From Basidiobolus meristosporus CBS 931.73 (Eukaryota > Fungi > Basidiobolomycota): 64,000 nt of DNA. This document shows positions 16,401 through 29,454 of the stretch, piece after piece (positions within the stretch are counted from its first letter, which is position 1; the number at the start of each line of letters is the position of its first letter). Location of the stretch: assembly GCA_002104905.1 (NCBI GenBank), contig MCFE01000042.1:124001-188000 (forward strand). The letters run 5' to 3'. The notes under the pieces are model-generated. The model searched no databases, had not been told where the DNA came from, and was given only the letters and a program-made list of their open reading frames with translations. The position numbers were made by a program, and so were the translations under genes.

Positions 16401-19400
16401 TCGCGTAATTCGGCATACACGCCGGATTTGTTACGAAGAGGACGCTGACCACCTAGAAGATCGGATGTCTCGGTGTTCTGATGACAATTGACGATGTGCA
16501 GCTCTTGCTCTCTGGCAATGGCCAGCATCTGGCACACGGTAGTCTTCCCACAGCCAGTGTCACCAACAAGCAAAACTGGCTCATTGAATCTAATGCACTG
16601 AGCAACCAAAGTAAACAGTCGCTTCATTGCCTTGGTCCAGGCCACTGAACTTTGATCGGTCCCCGTGACACGACGCTCAAATTCCTGGAATTCCGGGAGA
16701 TGCGAACAGTCGTACAACTTTTCCTCGTCGATCTTCGCACGCATTACGCTCTCGATCACCTTCTTGACCACTGCCTTCTCTTCTTCACGACGAGTTCTTT
16801 CGGCGAGGATCATGTACCCATGCTCGGCGAGCTCTTGGTACCCAAGTGCCTCTCTGCCTGCCCATCGGAACATATCTCTTAGAGTGATGAAACCATGTTT
16901 ACCATCGAAAATCCTGGTACGCTGTCTGTGCTCCATTAGCTGCTTATAAACTTGCACAAGCTTTTTACAGTAAGAAGGCGCGATCTGACATCTTCTAGCC
17001 AAGATAGTCTCGAGTTCATCCTCGGGGATATCGTCGAAGTGTAGCTCGAGGAAACGGTTACGGAAGGCACGAGATAATGCCTTACGTCCACCATACAATC
17101 CAGCAGGGTTCTGAGTGGCAAAGAGCATGAAATGGGGATGTGGCTTGACAACCTCTTGGGTTTCGGGAATGAGCAACTCACGATTATCATCAAGCAATCT
17201 GTTCAATGCTTCCAATACATCAGACGGAGCCAGATTCAGCTCATCCAGCACTATCCAATAGCCCTTACGAAGAGCCTCTACAAGGGCACCTTCCTGGAAG
17301 GTAAGCTGTCCATCTTGGGATACATAAGTACCCAGGTACTCCTGTAGATCGGTATGTTCGTGGTTGTTGATACGAATAAACTTGTGACCAGTACGCTTGG
17401 CCAGGTACTCAATCATACTGGTTTTACCAGCGGAAGTAGGGCCTTGCAGCAAAACGGGGTATTTGTTGCTCATAACAACACGAGCCAAGTTGTAGAGATT
17501 TCTCTCCACCGAGGGCGTGAGGATATAATGGTCGACCTCATCGAGAACCTCAGGTCCTTGGGAAAGCCAGAAATGGCCAAACTGAACGAACCCGTCCTCA
17601 GCAGGGGGGCGTGGAATCTGAGTTATCAGAGCACGTGGGTTCTTGACCCCTTTGAGAAGATACTTCTCGATCAATTGACGCATTAGGACTTCACTTTCTT
17701 TGTTGAGCAATGTAGAGAATGTCATGGAAAATCCCTCGTACAAAGCTCTTCTTAAGCCATAGTTGGGCGCGATCTGGGTCACGTATGAAAGGGCTCTGCT
17801 GAGTGTTCTCATACTGTAGTGTGGACGCTGGTTTGCACCATCGGCCAGTCTATGCTGAGCCTGGAGACTCTTGGCCTCCATGTAGAATTCAGTAACATCC
17901 ATACAAGCGCGCTCATCGCCATGGCTGGAGTTTGCCAGATACTTCTTAACAATAGTCAGCAGATCGTCCTGGCGAGCATCTGGCGGGTGCACATAAAACT
18001 CCGTGAAACGATTGCGGAGGCCTGGGGGAAGATCCTTTTTGCCAACATCAGTAGCAGGATTCATACAGGCGAACACTCGGAAATTGGGATGTCTTCTGAT
18101 AGGCTCAGTGTCCCCCTTCTCGGTCAAGAGAATGGAACCTTCGGCATCCTGGATCAACCCGCTTAAACACTCCAGTGTTTCGGTGGTAGCAAGATTGATT
18201 TCATCGAGCAAGATCCAGTACCCCTTTCTGACGGCCTTCACCAAAGAGCCTTCAATAAAACTGAACACCAGCTTACTCTCCTGACTTTGTCGAGCTTCAA
18301 ATTGAAGAACTTGCTCGCCGAACACCTCCCATTGCTGGGTTAGGGCAGTGCTGTCAACGGCCTTCTCGCTCGTACGAGCTTTCTTGGCCTTTACAGGCTG
18401 ATGGTCCATCTCGGCATCCTCGACCTCCTTCTCCGAGCGCTTGGCGAGTCTCTGCTTAGCCATCTTACAGGCCTCCTTGAACAAGGTGATCAGGCGCTTC
18501 CACTGCTTCTTGACGAACGCTTTTCTAGCGCCCTCCAAGAATTTGGCATTCCTCTTCATCGAAAAAGTGCATTCAAACAGCCTTTCGAACTCCTCCTTCA
18601 ACGGAATAGCCATGATTTTCCCATCAACCGGCTTGAACCCACCCAGCAGGTCTGAGGAATCGCTCTGCTGCGACAAATTGACCACGATCAGATTCTGATG
18701 CATGAGCTCGGCAAGATACTGGACCACAGTGGTTTTCCCGGTACCAGTCTCGCCGACCAGGAGAATGGGCTCACAGAGATGTACCCCGACAGCAATTCGC
18801 TCCAAGAGACGAAGTGCGTGATTGGTTTGGGCGAATACCCGCTTCGAGTTTCGCTTTACCTGGCTGGAAGGATCGGCTAACGAACGAAGAGTGACTCTAC
18901 CCACTTGAACTGCTGCATCGGTGACATCCATCGATGGGACGTATGAATTAGCATACAAGTGGACACGCTCCTTGGATAACCCGAGGGCACCACCGACCTT
19001 CTCTAGCACCATTACCCAGCCTTCGTAGCTGGAAATCATACTACAGAAGCAATCCACCGCTTCACTAAAGATGTCCTCCCTAGTCTTGTCATCCACTGGC
19101 AAGTCATCGTCAGGGAATAGTTCGCGCTTGGAATTACTGAACAACGCATCGACACGTCTGCACCATTTCATGAGGTCTCTAGCTGAGATGAATCGGCTCA
19201 TAGTCGAGATGGTGATTGAGGAGTACTGGCGGTCTTGGAAGATCTCAGTGATGGTGGTGAAAACCCGGATAATAACAGGCGAGATCGATCTCAATCTGGG
19301 ATATCTCTTCTCTATGACGTCCTTGAGTTCATTCATATCGAGAGGCTTGACCTCCACACGAGTCCACAAACTATTTGCCATTACGTTGTTGCCGATAGAG

Positions 19401-21093
19401 CTACGCACCGCAGTACCGTTAGGCATCAAGCTTCGGGTGGCAAAGAGCTGGAATCCATCCTTGGCAACGAATCGCTCGCCCCTGCTCGGGATGAACAGCT
19501 CCCTAGTCTCGAGCAAAGGAATCAAAACAGATGTGACCTCCATAGGGGCCAGGTCTATGTCCTCGATCAGCACCCAACGGCCCTCCTTGACGGCCGTGGT
19601 CAAAACTCCAGGCTGCCACTTGAATGAGCCAGGGGTAGAGGTTGAAACGTAAGTTCCCAATAGAACTTTGGAGTCCGTTTGGTCGCCCAGATGGATCTTG
19701 ACAATATCCTCCTTGCCAAGAAGATGGGAAACCTCTTCAACAAGCGCAGTCTTTCCGGAACCGGTGACACCCTCCAGCAGAACGGGGGCACCAAGAGAAA
19801 GCGCCAGACCAATTGCCCGAAGATTTTTCACCGTGGTGGACGTCAAAACCAGGCTGCTTTCCGAGTTTGTATCGGGTTGGGCATCGCGGGGTAGCAAAAC
19901 GCCGCAGAGGTTGACTGTTGCAGGGGAGAGATCGGAGGCATTGAGAATGGGAGCATCCTCGGACGGAATAAAGCTACACGCCTCCAGGATCATCTTCAGC
20001 CTCTCATTGGATAGCTCCTCTTGCTCGGTAATACTACAAACAAACTCGCCATCAATACAACAATCTAGACAAAACAGCGCTGGAAGATCGTTACTTTAAG
20101 AGCGAAAGGTTTTCGTTGCCAGGTCGGTAAATGTCGCCAACAAGAGACCGTATTGAGTCGTGGGTCTCCCGGTCAGACATTTCCAGCAACAATGATAGAC
20201 TCAATACCACATAGTAGCGGATCTCTTGATCGGAGTAGTTGATAAGTTGGAATAATGGTGTCCAATTGAACAAGCCCGCAAAAGAGCGAACAGATGTTTT
20301 AAGCAGACGGTAAGCCGAAATCAGCAAAGTGGATAGATACTTTGTAAATGCCGGATCCTGAAGGGGGCAAAACCTCGTTAGAGAAGGAGGCCAGGAAAAC
20401 CCAACCAGCAGTCACCTTACCTCCGCTGATGACTTCTTTTGAGATAATGAGGTGTTGACACGTTCAAAAAGGGATGGTTGCTGCTTAAAAAATTGGATGG
20501 CAGAGCTAGTGTACAGATTCCTGATGTTAATTACGGTTTACTCGCGGGATTATTCGCAGTATGGTGATTCCTCATGTACCTTTTTAGCTGAGGTGCGATA
20601 TTTAGGAGCTTTGCATAAGCCATGGCAACCACCTCCACCTGGGTAAAGTTGCTGAAGTCGGTTGATATTTGAGGGTAAGAAGATAGGATTTCTGAATAGG
20701 TTTGAAGAGTACAGTAGGTTAGTCTCGGCTCGAAAAATCCCTGAGATATACGAAAGCACCTGATCTGTTCCAGCGAGCGGACAAATCTATCAATAGCGGA
20801 CGGAAAAGGTGTGCAATTATCAGGGTTAACTCGGGGCGGACCAGCAACTGTGCTAGAGTATCTAGCAACTCTCCCTTCTTAATGTCATCTTGGTGAGGTC
20901 TATATTTATCTAACACATGGCGTTGTCTATTAGTGAGAAGTTGGAGGGAAGCAGTCGACTCGAGTTGGGTGATATGTTCGACAAGGCTCGAGATAGCAGC
21001 AGAGAGGTCGAAACGTAAGGGGTCGAAAGGTTGTGTATGGACTGGTAAATCGGTATCCTGCATTTCAACATTGTCTGAGCATGAGGTCGTCAT
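4404..21093 (-). CDS. MDN1: Midasin (Rea1/Mdn1), AAA+ ATPase for 60S maturation; about 5500 aa; several short 5' introns (~20010-20759) and one apparent frameshift near 10980
   Basis: Repeated Walker A (GVTGSGKT, GETGTGKT, GPTSAGKT, GDTGCGKT, GSPGVGKT, GSSGSGKT) and Walker B (LDEINLA-like) motifs; long linker; D/E-rich region; C-terminal MIDAS (DDSKSMS, IISDG). N-terminal exons FRPLLIDLSARW (20719..21093 ORF) and LLISAYRLL (20091..20327 ORF). Confidence 0.95.
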
Positions 21094-21418
21094 TACGAAT
21101 ATAGTATATATTTAATAATGTATCTGGCTTGTGTGTATTATATTGAACAAGTGTATAATAAGAACCCTGACAAGTTGGGGGAGAGAAGCAAGTTGACCTC
21201 TGCGTTTAGACGCGTATCTGGAACGGTAGAGCTCTTTGGTCTAAGTTACCCACAACCTTGAATAATATGACGATGCCACGAAAAAAAATCTAGCAATTTT
21301 TTTTTCGAGCCTCGAGGATAGTCAGGTAAACCAGAAAAATAGTCAAATTTTGTGACGCTCTTTATTTGGTTTTTTTTATTTTTCTCAAAATCCCCTCCAC
21401 CGTGACGGGTATTCGACG

Positions 21419-21442
21419 AGGGCTAGGGCTAGGGTTAGGGTC
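21419..21442 (+). repeat. Interstitial telomere-like hexamers (AGGGCT)2 AGGGTT AGGGTC between the MDN1 start and the RPS17 end
   Basis: Read directly: agggctagggctagggttagggtc. Confidence 0.7.
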
Positions 21443-21586
21443 AAGGTCGAGCCCAAGAACTTCAGAACTGATCCCCATCAAAGCGGGTCCCAAAAAATCA
21501 ACTGTGGATGAATGATGTATAATTTGATGCAAACTTTATTTTAACACCACAAAGAGATCAATGCATTCTCTCGTGTCAGAGCATAT

Positions 21587-22082
21587 TTATTGCTCAGTCT
21601 TTCTTCTAGGAGCACGACGACCACGGTTGGCACCTGGGACAAAGGCTTGGACAGGAGCGGCAACGGTAACACCAGGAAGGTTCTCCATGTTAAGGGCCTT
21701 GAGAAGCTCCTTAGTTTCGGGGTCAACCTCGATGTTGGAGGTGTCCAAAGCAGAGAACTCGGGGACGTAGTTGTCCTTACGCTCTCTCTCCTCTTCCTGC
21801 AACTTGAAGGAGATACCACGGACGGGTCCACGTTGGATACGCTTCATCAAGTGAGTGGTGAAACCAGCGATCTTGTTGCGAAGACGCTTGGAGGCAATAA
21901 TGGCAACTTCATCACAGATCTTCTTGTTGGTTTGGAAATCCAAAGTAAGACGAGGATAATACTTTTCAATGATGACCCTGGAGGCCTTCTTGACAGTCTT
22001 GGTACGAACGCGACCCTATGCAAGCGAAGACATTGGTGAGATCCTGATGGATGGATGGTTGGATTCGCGGGTTACATACCAT
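21587..22082 (-). CDS. RPS17: 40S ribosomal protein S17; ATG exon 22080-22082, intron 22016-22079, exon 21587-22015
   Basis: M|[12 protein letters not shown]...[61 protein letters not shown]; intron GTATGT...CATAG. Confidence 0.97.
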
Positions 22083-22798
22083 ATTGCTAGATTATTTAGA
22101 GCAAAGAAAAATGACTTGCCCACCAAAGTGAAGAGAAAGAAGCGATTCTCCCTCGAGGGATCTTTTTGTTAATGTCACGTAACAATTCGTACCCCGTGCC
22201 ACAGATGATTTTTCCATTGGTTTAGTCATCTGACTTTGCTGTTAATTTATACGAAAATCGAGCACTGGATGAGCAAAATAACCACAATGCAGTGTGTGTT
22301 TGCCATTGCAGGAGGGAGTCTTGATTTTATTTGATTTGATCTCCTCAGCCTCCTTGACTGTTTATTAGCGATTGAAACAAGCAGGAAAAATCCCGAAGAG
22401 TCAACGACCCCGCTAGCTCATAATAGACACGTTTTGGCCAACAGAGCACATTGGCAGGATCAACGTTTTATGTACATGAGATGCACTTGCTGCTTATTAC
22501 TCCGAGTATCTTGGGATTCATATAAACGCTCCGTCATGGCGTTTGTAGGGGAGTTCTTTTTGGTTTTCCCGAAAAGAATGCCATTGTAGTCTAACCAATA
22601 CATAACCACTCCTTCCCTCCATAGAATAATTTCTCGCTGATGCGAAGTCTAGTAAACTCTATCCTATCCTCCTTCACTTCCACCTTGCCTAACCAGCCCA
22701 AAAATCCAGATAGACATATGTTAAAGAACTTGCTGTATGTGGTAAGGCTTAAACCTTGCTATTTAGCCCCACCATCCCCATCGGTTGAAGAGGCAACG

Positions 22799-23888
22799 AT
22801 GCTTAGCATACGCGGGAAAGCGATCGAGGTCCAGTTGGTCAATGACGTTCTAACCATGTATGGACGCCCGAATGACTCTGTTGGAGTCGTGCTTCGCGGG
22901 TCAGTTTTCGTCAATCTGAGGAGACCCATCAAGGCCAAATCGATCAAGTTGATTTTTAAGGGGACCTTCACCATGGATTCTCCAACGGGTAATGCCGGCC
23001 CTTTTGCTTTGGTAGTCACTCACTAACTCCGGCTTCATGGCAGATTTGATGCGTCGCGAGAAGACCATTGTTGAGCACCAACTGTGCTTCCTACGCGCAC
23101 CAGAAGATACTCAAATTCTGAAGGCAAACAGCTATCGGTTCGACTTTGAAATGCCACTCGACGGCAATCTGCCCCCATCGATTTACACTGGAGCAGCAAG
23201 CATCCAGTACCAGGTGATCAGCATGATTGAGCGGCCTTTCCTATACAGAAACATCCTCGCTGAATGCCCTGTTACCATACAGAGGTCGAACTTCCCTGAT
23301 TCGTTCGAAATTGACACTCCCTCCACGACATTTTCAGGGATTTGGGCGTCGTGCCTATATTACGATGTATCCATCCCTGACTTGAATTTTGTCATTGGCG
23401 ACTTCATCCCATTGACTTTTAAGCTGTTCATCGCTGCGAAGGCCCTGGAAATCCACTACGTCCACTTGGTGTTGGAAGAGAAGATCACATGTAATGATGA
23501 GGAATACCTATTTCCCACATCAGCGACTGAATCGATTGCCTGCCTGAAAATCAGATGCCCAGACATTCATGACCTGGGTTGGGAGGATACCATTTCCATT
23601 CGTATCCCTACAGATGCACACGAAGACTGTGGGCCCACGTTCATCGAGGTTACACACAAGTTGATAATACGCTTCGCCGTCAACTCACCCGACAATGGAA
23701 AGAACATCATTTTTGGGCAAATCCCCATCAAACTCATGTCCACATCACAGGCAGAGGCATCGAGCTCTTTGCCTTTATACGAGCCCCCTCAGGTATCATC
23801 TTCCTTGCCACCGCCTTTTCCCACCTCGTCGGAATCCAGTTTTGACCACGTGCTGCCACCGAAGTATTGTCAGATAGCAGTCACGTGA
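22799..23888 (+). CDS. Alpha-arrestin (ART/CreD-like ubiquitin-ligase adaptor); intron 22989-23043
   Basis: Arrestin-N start (VVLRGSVFVNLRRPIKAKSIKLIFKG), YRFDFEMPLDGNLPPS, arrestin-C (IEVTHKLIIRF), and C-terminal LPLY and PPKY PY motifs. Confidence 0.85.
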
Positions 23889-24122
23889 GAGGTCAAATAT
23901 TGATAGATATTTATATATGTATACTCGTCAGTTTTGTTTCAACCTTCATTGTTAATATTTTTCGTGTACAAAGCCTGTATATGTAAATCCAAATATAAGC
24001 TATCCAAACCTTCGTCTGTTCTGGTGTATTTATGTTAGCTTTAGTGAGAATGAGTGGTACATACATTCATTTATATTAGCTTTAATAAGAATGAGTGGTA
24101 CATGCAGCATAGTGACAATTGA

Positions 24123-25502
24123 TTACATGAGATGGCGCGTAGTAAGAATGCCGACTAGGGCTAAGAAAACATACGGCACTGTTAATTGAAAAGATCCATT
24201 ACCAGCTATTCCGTTACCATGCTGCGCAGACTGTGTTCGAGTTAGTAATCGGCCCACTACTTCTCGTGCAAACTTCAACTTACTAGTGCCAAGCCAACGC
24301 GTGGCTGAGTACCCATATCATATACGGAATAGAATGATCTTAGGAATACATCGCCAACAATCCATATAGCCTTCAGAAACAGAGCAATTAGCATACATCA
24401 CAACGCGTCTCTATAAATTCCGATACATACCGCTGACGATCCAGCTGAAGCAAACCCAGACATGCAGATACCTCCTTCCTCCTGAATAACGTATTGGTCA
24501 GGTGTGAGTGTGAATACCACATCCCCTAGTGATGATATCGATGTTGGGATACATGGCATCGCAATCCAGCTGGTACAATCCTGCCGAACTTGTAGGTCTG
24601 CCATTCAGATACTCGACATTGATTAGGGCTGCGTCGCTTTCGGGTATAGTGATCAGACTGGTGCCTGTATCCATAGCCGCCTTTGTGGCGGTAATCTGGA
24701 CGCCAGTGTTGGCGATCGAAACGCCGTTAAGTGGAAGAGTCCAGTAATTCTCTTCAACTACGTCAATCCAGTTGAGCGATCCTGAAAAATGGGATGTGTC
24801 ATATCCACCAAATGTCACTTCACCGCTGCTCGGATACCCGCCCAACCACACACCAAACATGCTCGCGTTGACCAAGTTTTGTTCAACCATGTTGTAGAAG
24901 GGTGGGTTAACTCGCATTTGGCTGATTGATGCGAATGCCATGCCAAGGATGCCATCGGCTGTAGAGTTGGCAAAAAAGCTGGACTCTGAGGTTGCCAAAC
25001 CAAACTTTTGTTCATTCAGAGTGATCCCACCAATGGTGCACGTGTCTTGTCCGATCATCCCTGTTAAACTCCCAGTGCCATAACGAAGGGAAAAATCACC
25101 GTCGAGTTCCTGATATGTGGTGGATTTGGTGGGTTGAAACTTCCTGTGGTTGATACACGCCGCGGAACTGCACCAAACAGACGGCACCCAAAAGTCCGCA
25201 CTCCCCGTGTCAAAAATCACCGTGAACTTTTGCGGAGGTGTCCCTATCGTCACCTCTCCATAATACGACAGATCATAGCTGTTGGTCAACTCGAGGGCTC
25301 CGTTTCGCTTGTGGAGCTTTTGCAGATATGTGCTGTTCTTGATATGCGGGTACTTGTATTGGAGTTGATAGAGCGACTGTTCCAACTGACTACGAATGTT
25401 TCGAGAGGACCGATGTGACTTGAGTTTCATGCGAACAAGGTTGTCACCGCTGACCGCCGATACGGCAAGGCAAAGTGTGGTGAGCAAGAGCAGTGACTTC
25501 AT
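24123..25502 (-). CDS. Secreted pepsin-like (A1) aspartic protease with GPI-type tail, copy 1; introns 24371-24430 and 24231-24283; 1-bp insertion at 24531 frameshifts it as sequenced
   Basis: Signal peptide [19 protein letters not shown]; catalytic DTGS and DTGT; flap YGTG; spliced [18 protein letters not shown] and hydrophobic tail; TACTAAC branch point in the last intron. Confidence 0.88.
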
Positions 25503-26883
25503 GACTAGAACACTCCTGGAATTTGTTGGGAATGGATTCGCACCCGGCACTCTTATACCTGATTCAGATCTTGGCGCAATTTTGACTATGGCTCGTACGA
25601 TATTCTGGTCTGAACATTCCAATATGGAAAGCAACCAGACATCAATCTTATTCTTCGGCCCCGAAAATTCCATTAAGCATCCTTTAGGTCTAGCAGCAAG
25701 TAGCCAATATCAAAAATAGAAGATAAGGGCAAATCGAGAGTTCTCCGGGTTATTTTGTCCAAGAATATATCCAGTGAACAACAGCAGTATCTCCATACTC
25801 GGATTTACCAGAGTTATCAAAACTACCAGATCAGCAACCTCCCATTGGATCTTGGTTATTTTTTAGACCAAGTGATGGTATTCGCCGCTAATTATAGCAA
25901 AACTTCATGTTTATATAAATTCCCTATTTGTGTTCAAGATTAAATCCAACTACTAGTACTTATATATCAGCCACAGCACATGTTATATCTGAAGCTATAT
26001 GATGTTATCTACTTGATTTTGATAACATTGTTATTCCTTTCTTCGCTGTTCCTTCCCAAATTGAACGGTAAAGACAATCAAGTCTGTTTTCTCCCGGATA
26101 GGAAAAATGTAAGAAAAGTACATAGCATACTGGTTTCTACGCGAATGTGGTTAGGTGGGTCATGCTCTCACCACAGGTTAAAAAGGCTGCATATAAATAG
26201 AAAAAAGTTACTACAGTTGACTAGCTCCTTGAAATAGTGACCACACATTGCACAAGACATGTTCAGTAACGGGTCCATAAATGTCAACCTCCACCCCTAC
26301 CTTGTAGAACACCTGCAGCGTCACAATTACCTATAACTTCTCTGTTGACATACATACCTTTTATCACTGTTGAGAACAGACAAACTTAGGCTAACATTCG
26401 AATACAAGCAATACACACCAAGTTCTATGTGGATTGTGAGAATATTGATAGGAAAGATATTTTTATAGTTTACCAAACGACTCCTCCTACGACCTCCAAG
26501 CATAGGGAGTTGTTCACAGACGCATGTTGTGCTAGTCACATTTTGGAAATAAATAATACTGCTCCCAACTATACCATATTTTCATGTTTTGCTTAGAAGA
26601 CTGAGTATAAAACGAGGATATATATACCAATTAGTCACTACTCGCAACACGAATGATATATGGATGATCCTGTAAGTTGTGCTTCAGAGGACAGTTTTCG
26701 TCAATCTGGGGAAATCGATCAAGTTGGTTTTTAAGGGCTTTGTCACACATATATGTATGATATTTTTCAAGCCTGAATATGTAACTCCATGTGTAAACTA
26801 TCCAAACCTTCATCTGTTCTGGTGTATTCATTTATATTAGCTTTAATGAGAACGAGTGGTACATACAGAATAGTTACAATTGA

Positions 26884-28406
26884 TTACATGAGATGGCGCG
26901 TAGTAAGAATGCCAACTAGGGCTAAGAAAACATACGACACTGTTAATTGAAAAGATCCATTACCAGTTCTTTCGTGACCATGTTGCGCGGGATACTGCTT
27001 AGATCCGTTACTAGCTATTCCGTGACCGTGTTGTACAGGATACTGAATAGACCCATTGCCAGCTATTCCGTGGCTATGCGGTGTAGGATATTGGATAGAT
27101 CCGTTACTAGCTATTCCGTGACCATACTGCGCAGACTGTGTTCGAATTAGTAATCGGCCCACTACTTCTCGTGCAAACTTCAACTTACTAGTGCCAAGCC
27201 AACGCGTGGCTGAGTACCCATATCATATACGGAATAGAATGATCTTAGGAATACATCGCCAACAATCCATATAGCCTTCAGAAACAGAGCAATTAACATG
27301 CATCACAACGCTTCTCTATAAATCCTGTTACATACCTCTAACGATCCAGCTGAAGCAAACCCAGACATGCAGACACCTACTTCATCTTGAATAACGTATT
27401 GGTCAGGTGTGAGTGTGAACACCACATCCCCGAGTATGATATCGATGTTGGGATACATGGCATCGCAATCCAGCTGGTACAATCCTGCCGAACTTGTAGG
27501 TCTGCCATTCAGATACTCGACATTGATTAGGGCTGCGTCGCTTTCGGGTATAGTGATCAGACTGGTGCCTGTATCCATAGCCGCCTTTGTGGCGGTAATT
27601 TGGACGCCAGTGTTGGCGATCGAAACGCCGTTAAGTGGAAGAGTCCAGTAATTCTCTTCAACTACGTCAATCCAGTTGAGCGATCCTGAAAAATGGGATG
27701 TGTCATATCCACCAAATGTCACTTCACCGCTGTCCGGATACCCGCCCAACCACACACCAAACATGCTCGCGTTGACCAAGTTTTGTTCAACCATGTTGTA
27801 GAAGGGTGGGTTAACTCGCATTTGGTTGATTGATGCGAATGCCATGCCAAGGATGCCATCGGCTGTAGAGTTGGCAAAAAAGCTGGACTCTGAGGTTGCC
27901 AAACCAAACTTTTGTTCATTCAGAGTGATCCCACCAATGGTGCACGTGTCTTGTCCGATCATCCCTGTTAAATTCCCAGTACCATATTGAAGGGAAAACT
28001 CTTTGTCAAATTTATGAAATGTGGTGGATTTGATGGGTTGAAACTTCCTGTGGTTGATACACGCCGCGGAACTGCACCAAACAGACGGCACCCAAAAGTC
28101 CGCACTTCCCGTGTCAAAAATCACCGTGAACTTTTGCGGAGGTGTCCCTATCGTCACCTCTCCATAATACGACAGATCATAGCTGTTGGTCAACTCGAGG
28201 GCTCCGTTTCGCTTGTGGAGCTTTTGCAGATACGTGCTGTTCTTGATATGCGGGTACTTGTATTGGAGTTGATAAAGCGACTGTTCCAACTGACTACGAA
28301 TGTTTCGAGAGGACCGATGTGACTTGAGTTTCATGCGAACAAGGTTGTCACCGCTGACCGCCGATACGGCAAGGCAAAGTGTGGTGAGCAAGAGCAGTGA
28401 CTTCAT
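26884..28406 (-). CDS. Secreted pepsin-like (A1) aspartic protease with GPI-type tail, copy 2 (intact); introns 27276-27335 and 27136-27188
   Basis: Same motifs as copy 1 with an open frame throughout; last exon 26884-27135 is 84 codons ending [16 protein letters not shown]. Confidence 0.92.
26944..27135 (-). repeat. Coding 48-bp (16-aa) tandem repeat x4 in the stalk of protease copy 2
   Basis: [16 protein letters not shown] / [16 protein letters not shown] / [16 protein letters not shown] / [16 protein letters not shown]. Confidence 0.9.
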
Positions 28407-29454
28407 GACAAGAACACTCCTGGAATTTGTTGGGAATGGATTCGCACCCGGCACTCTTATACCTGATTCAGACCTTGGCTTGTAGGATAAGAATTTAGCC
28501 TCATCAGCGATCATCATATCCCGATTCTCACATGGCTGAACATGCCAGTACGGAAAGCAACCAGGTATTACTCTATATCCTTCGGTCCCGGATATTCCAA
28601 GTATTCTTCAAGTGGCCTATAATGAAAACCAGAGATAAGAGCAAATCTGTATAAGTGATCAGAGTTGTCAAAATTAGCAAATCACTGATCCTACTTTTCC
28701 AGGTTTAGTGCCAATCCTGCGTTGTTGCGATCCTAGAGGTTCTTGTTTATATCTCTAACTAATTTTAAGATTAAATCCGTATATCAATACAACATATATT
28801 CCATCATAAAGTTACATCTGAAGTTATGTGATGTTGTCCGTGCTTGTTGGTGTTACCACTGTAAACAGTGCAACGATTCCGTTATTTTGATATGAAAGCA
28901 TTGGCACTTACATGTTGCTTTCTCACTTCTCTTGATTATTGCTTCGACTGTTGTGGTTCTGCTATCGCCCCGAGAGACGATATTGACCATTAAAAGATTG
29001 AAATTTGGTTGATAACCAACTGTGGATAATTAATTGTATTTATGGTAACTCCTAAAAATAATCCTCACAAACCTCCGTCACGTAGATTGTCCACGCGTTC
29101 GACGCGAGCTCAAGCTCAGAGAAGTATACTAGATTTTACTCAACGCACACTTGAGTCCAAGTAAGTATTTATGTCAAGAATACTTTACGTTGCTCTTGGG
29201 AAGTTGACATTGTTGTTCCTTTTTCTGGTTATCTTCCGAGAAGAACGGTAAAAATATTCGAGCCTTTAAATCCCGACTTTTCCTCATTTCTTTTTCAAAA
29301 AGCCACTTCAAAATTCTCTCTCACCATTACAAAGCGAACTTGGATATCCCAATTCAAGACGCCTAATGCGCTCCCAATCTTTCCAGAGCCACACTGAAGG
29401 TATTCTATACACTATATATTAACTCTCCTTTCAAGTGCTAAGCTTGATATATAT

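Noticed and set aside
25503-25673. In-frame N-terminal extensions of both proteases (also 28407-28517)
   Set aside because: They precede a clean signal peptide and diverge between copies; most likely 5' UTR
26944-27135. Regular repeats resembling a CRISPR array (also 56020-56061 and 56259-56366)
   Set aside because: Units are contiguous with no unique spacers, the context is eukaryotic and no cas genes are present
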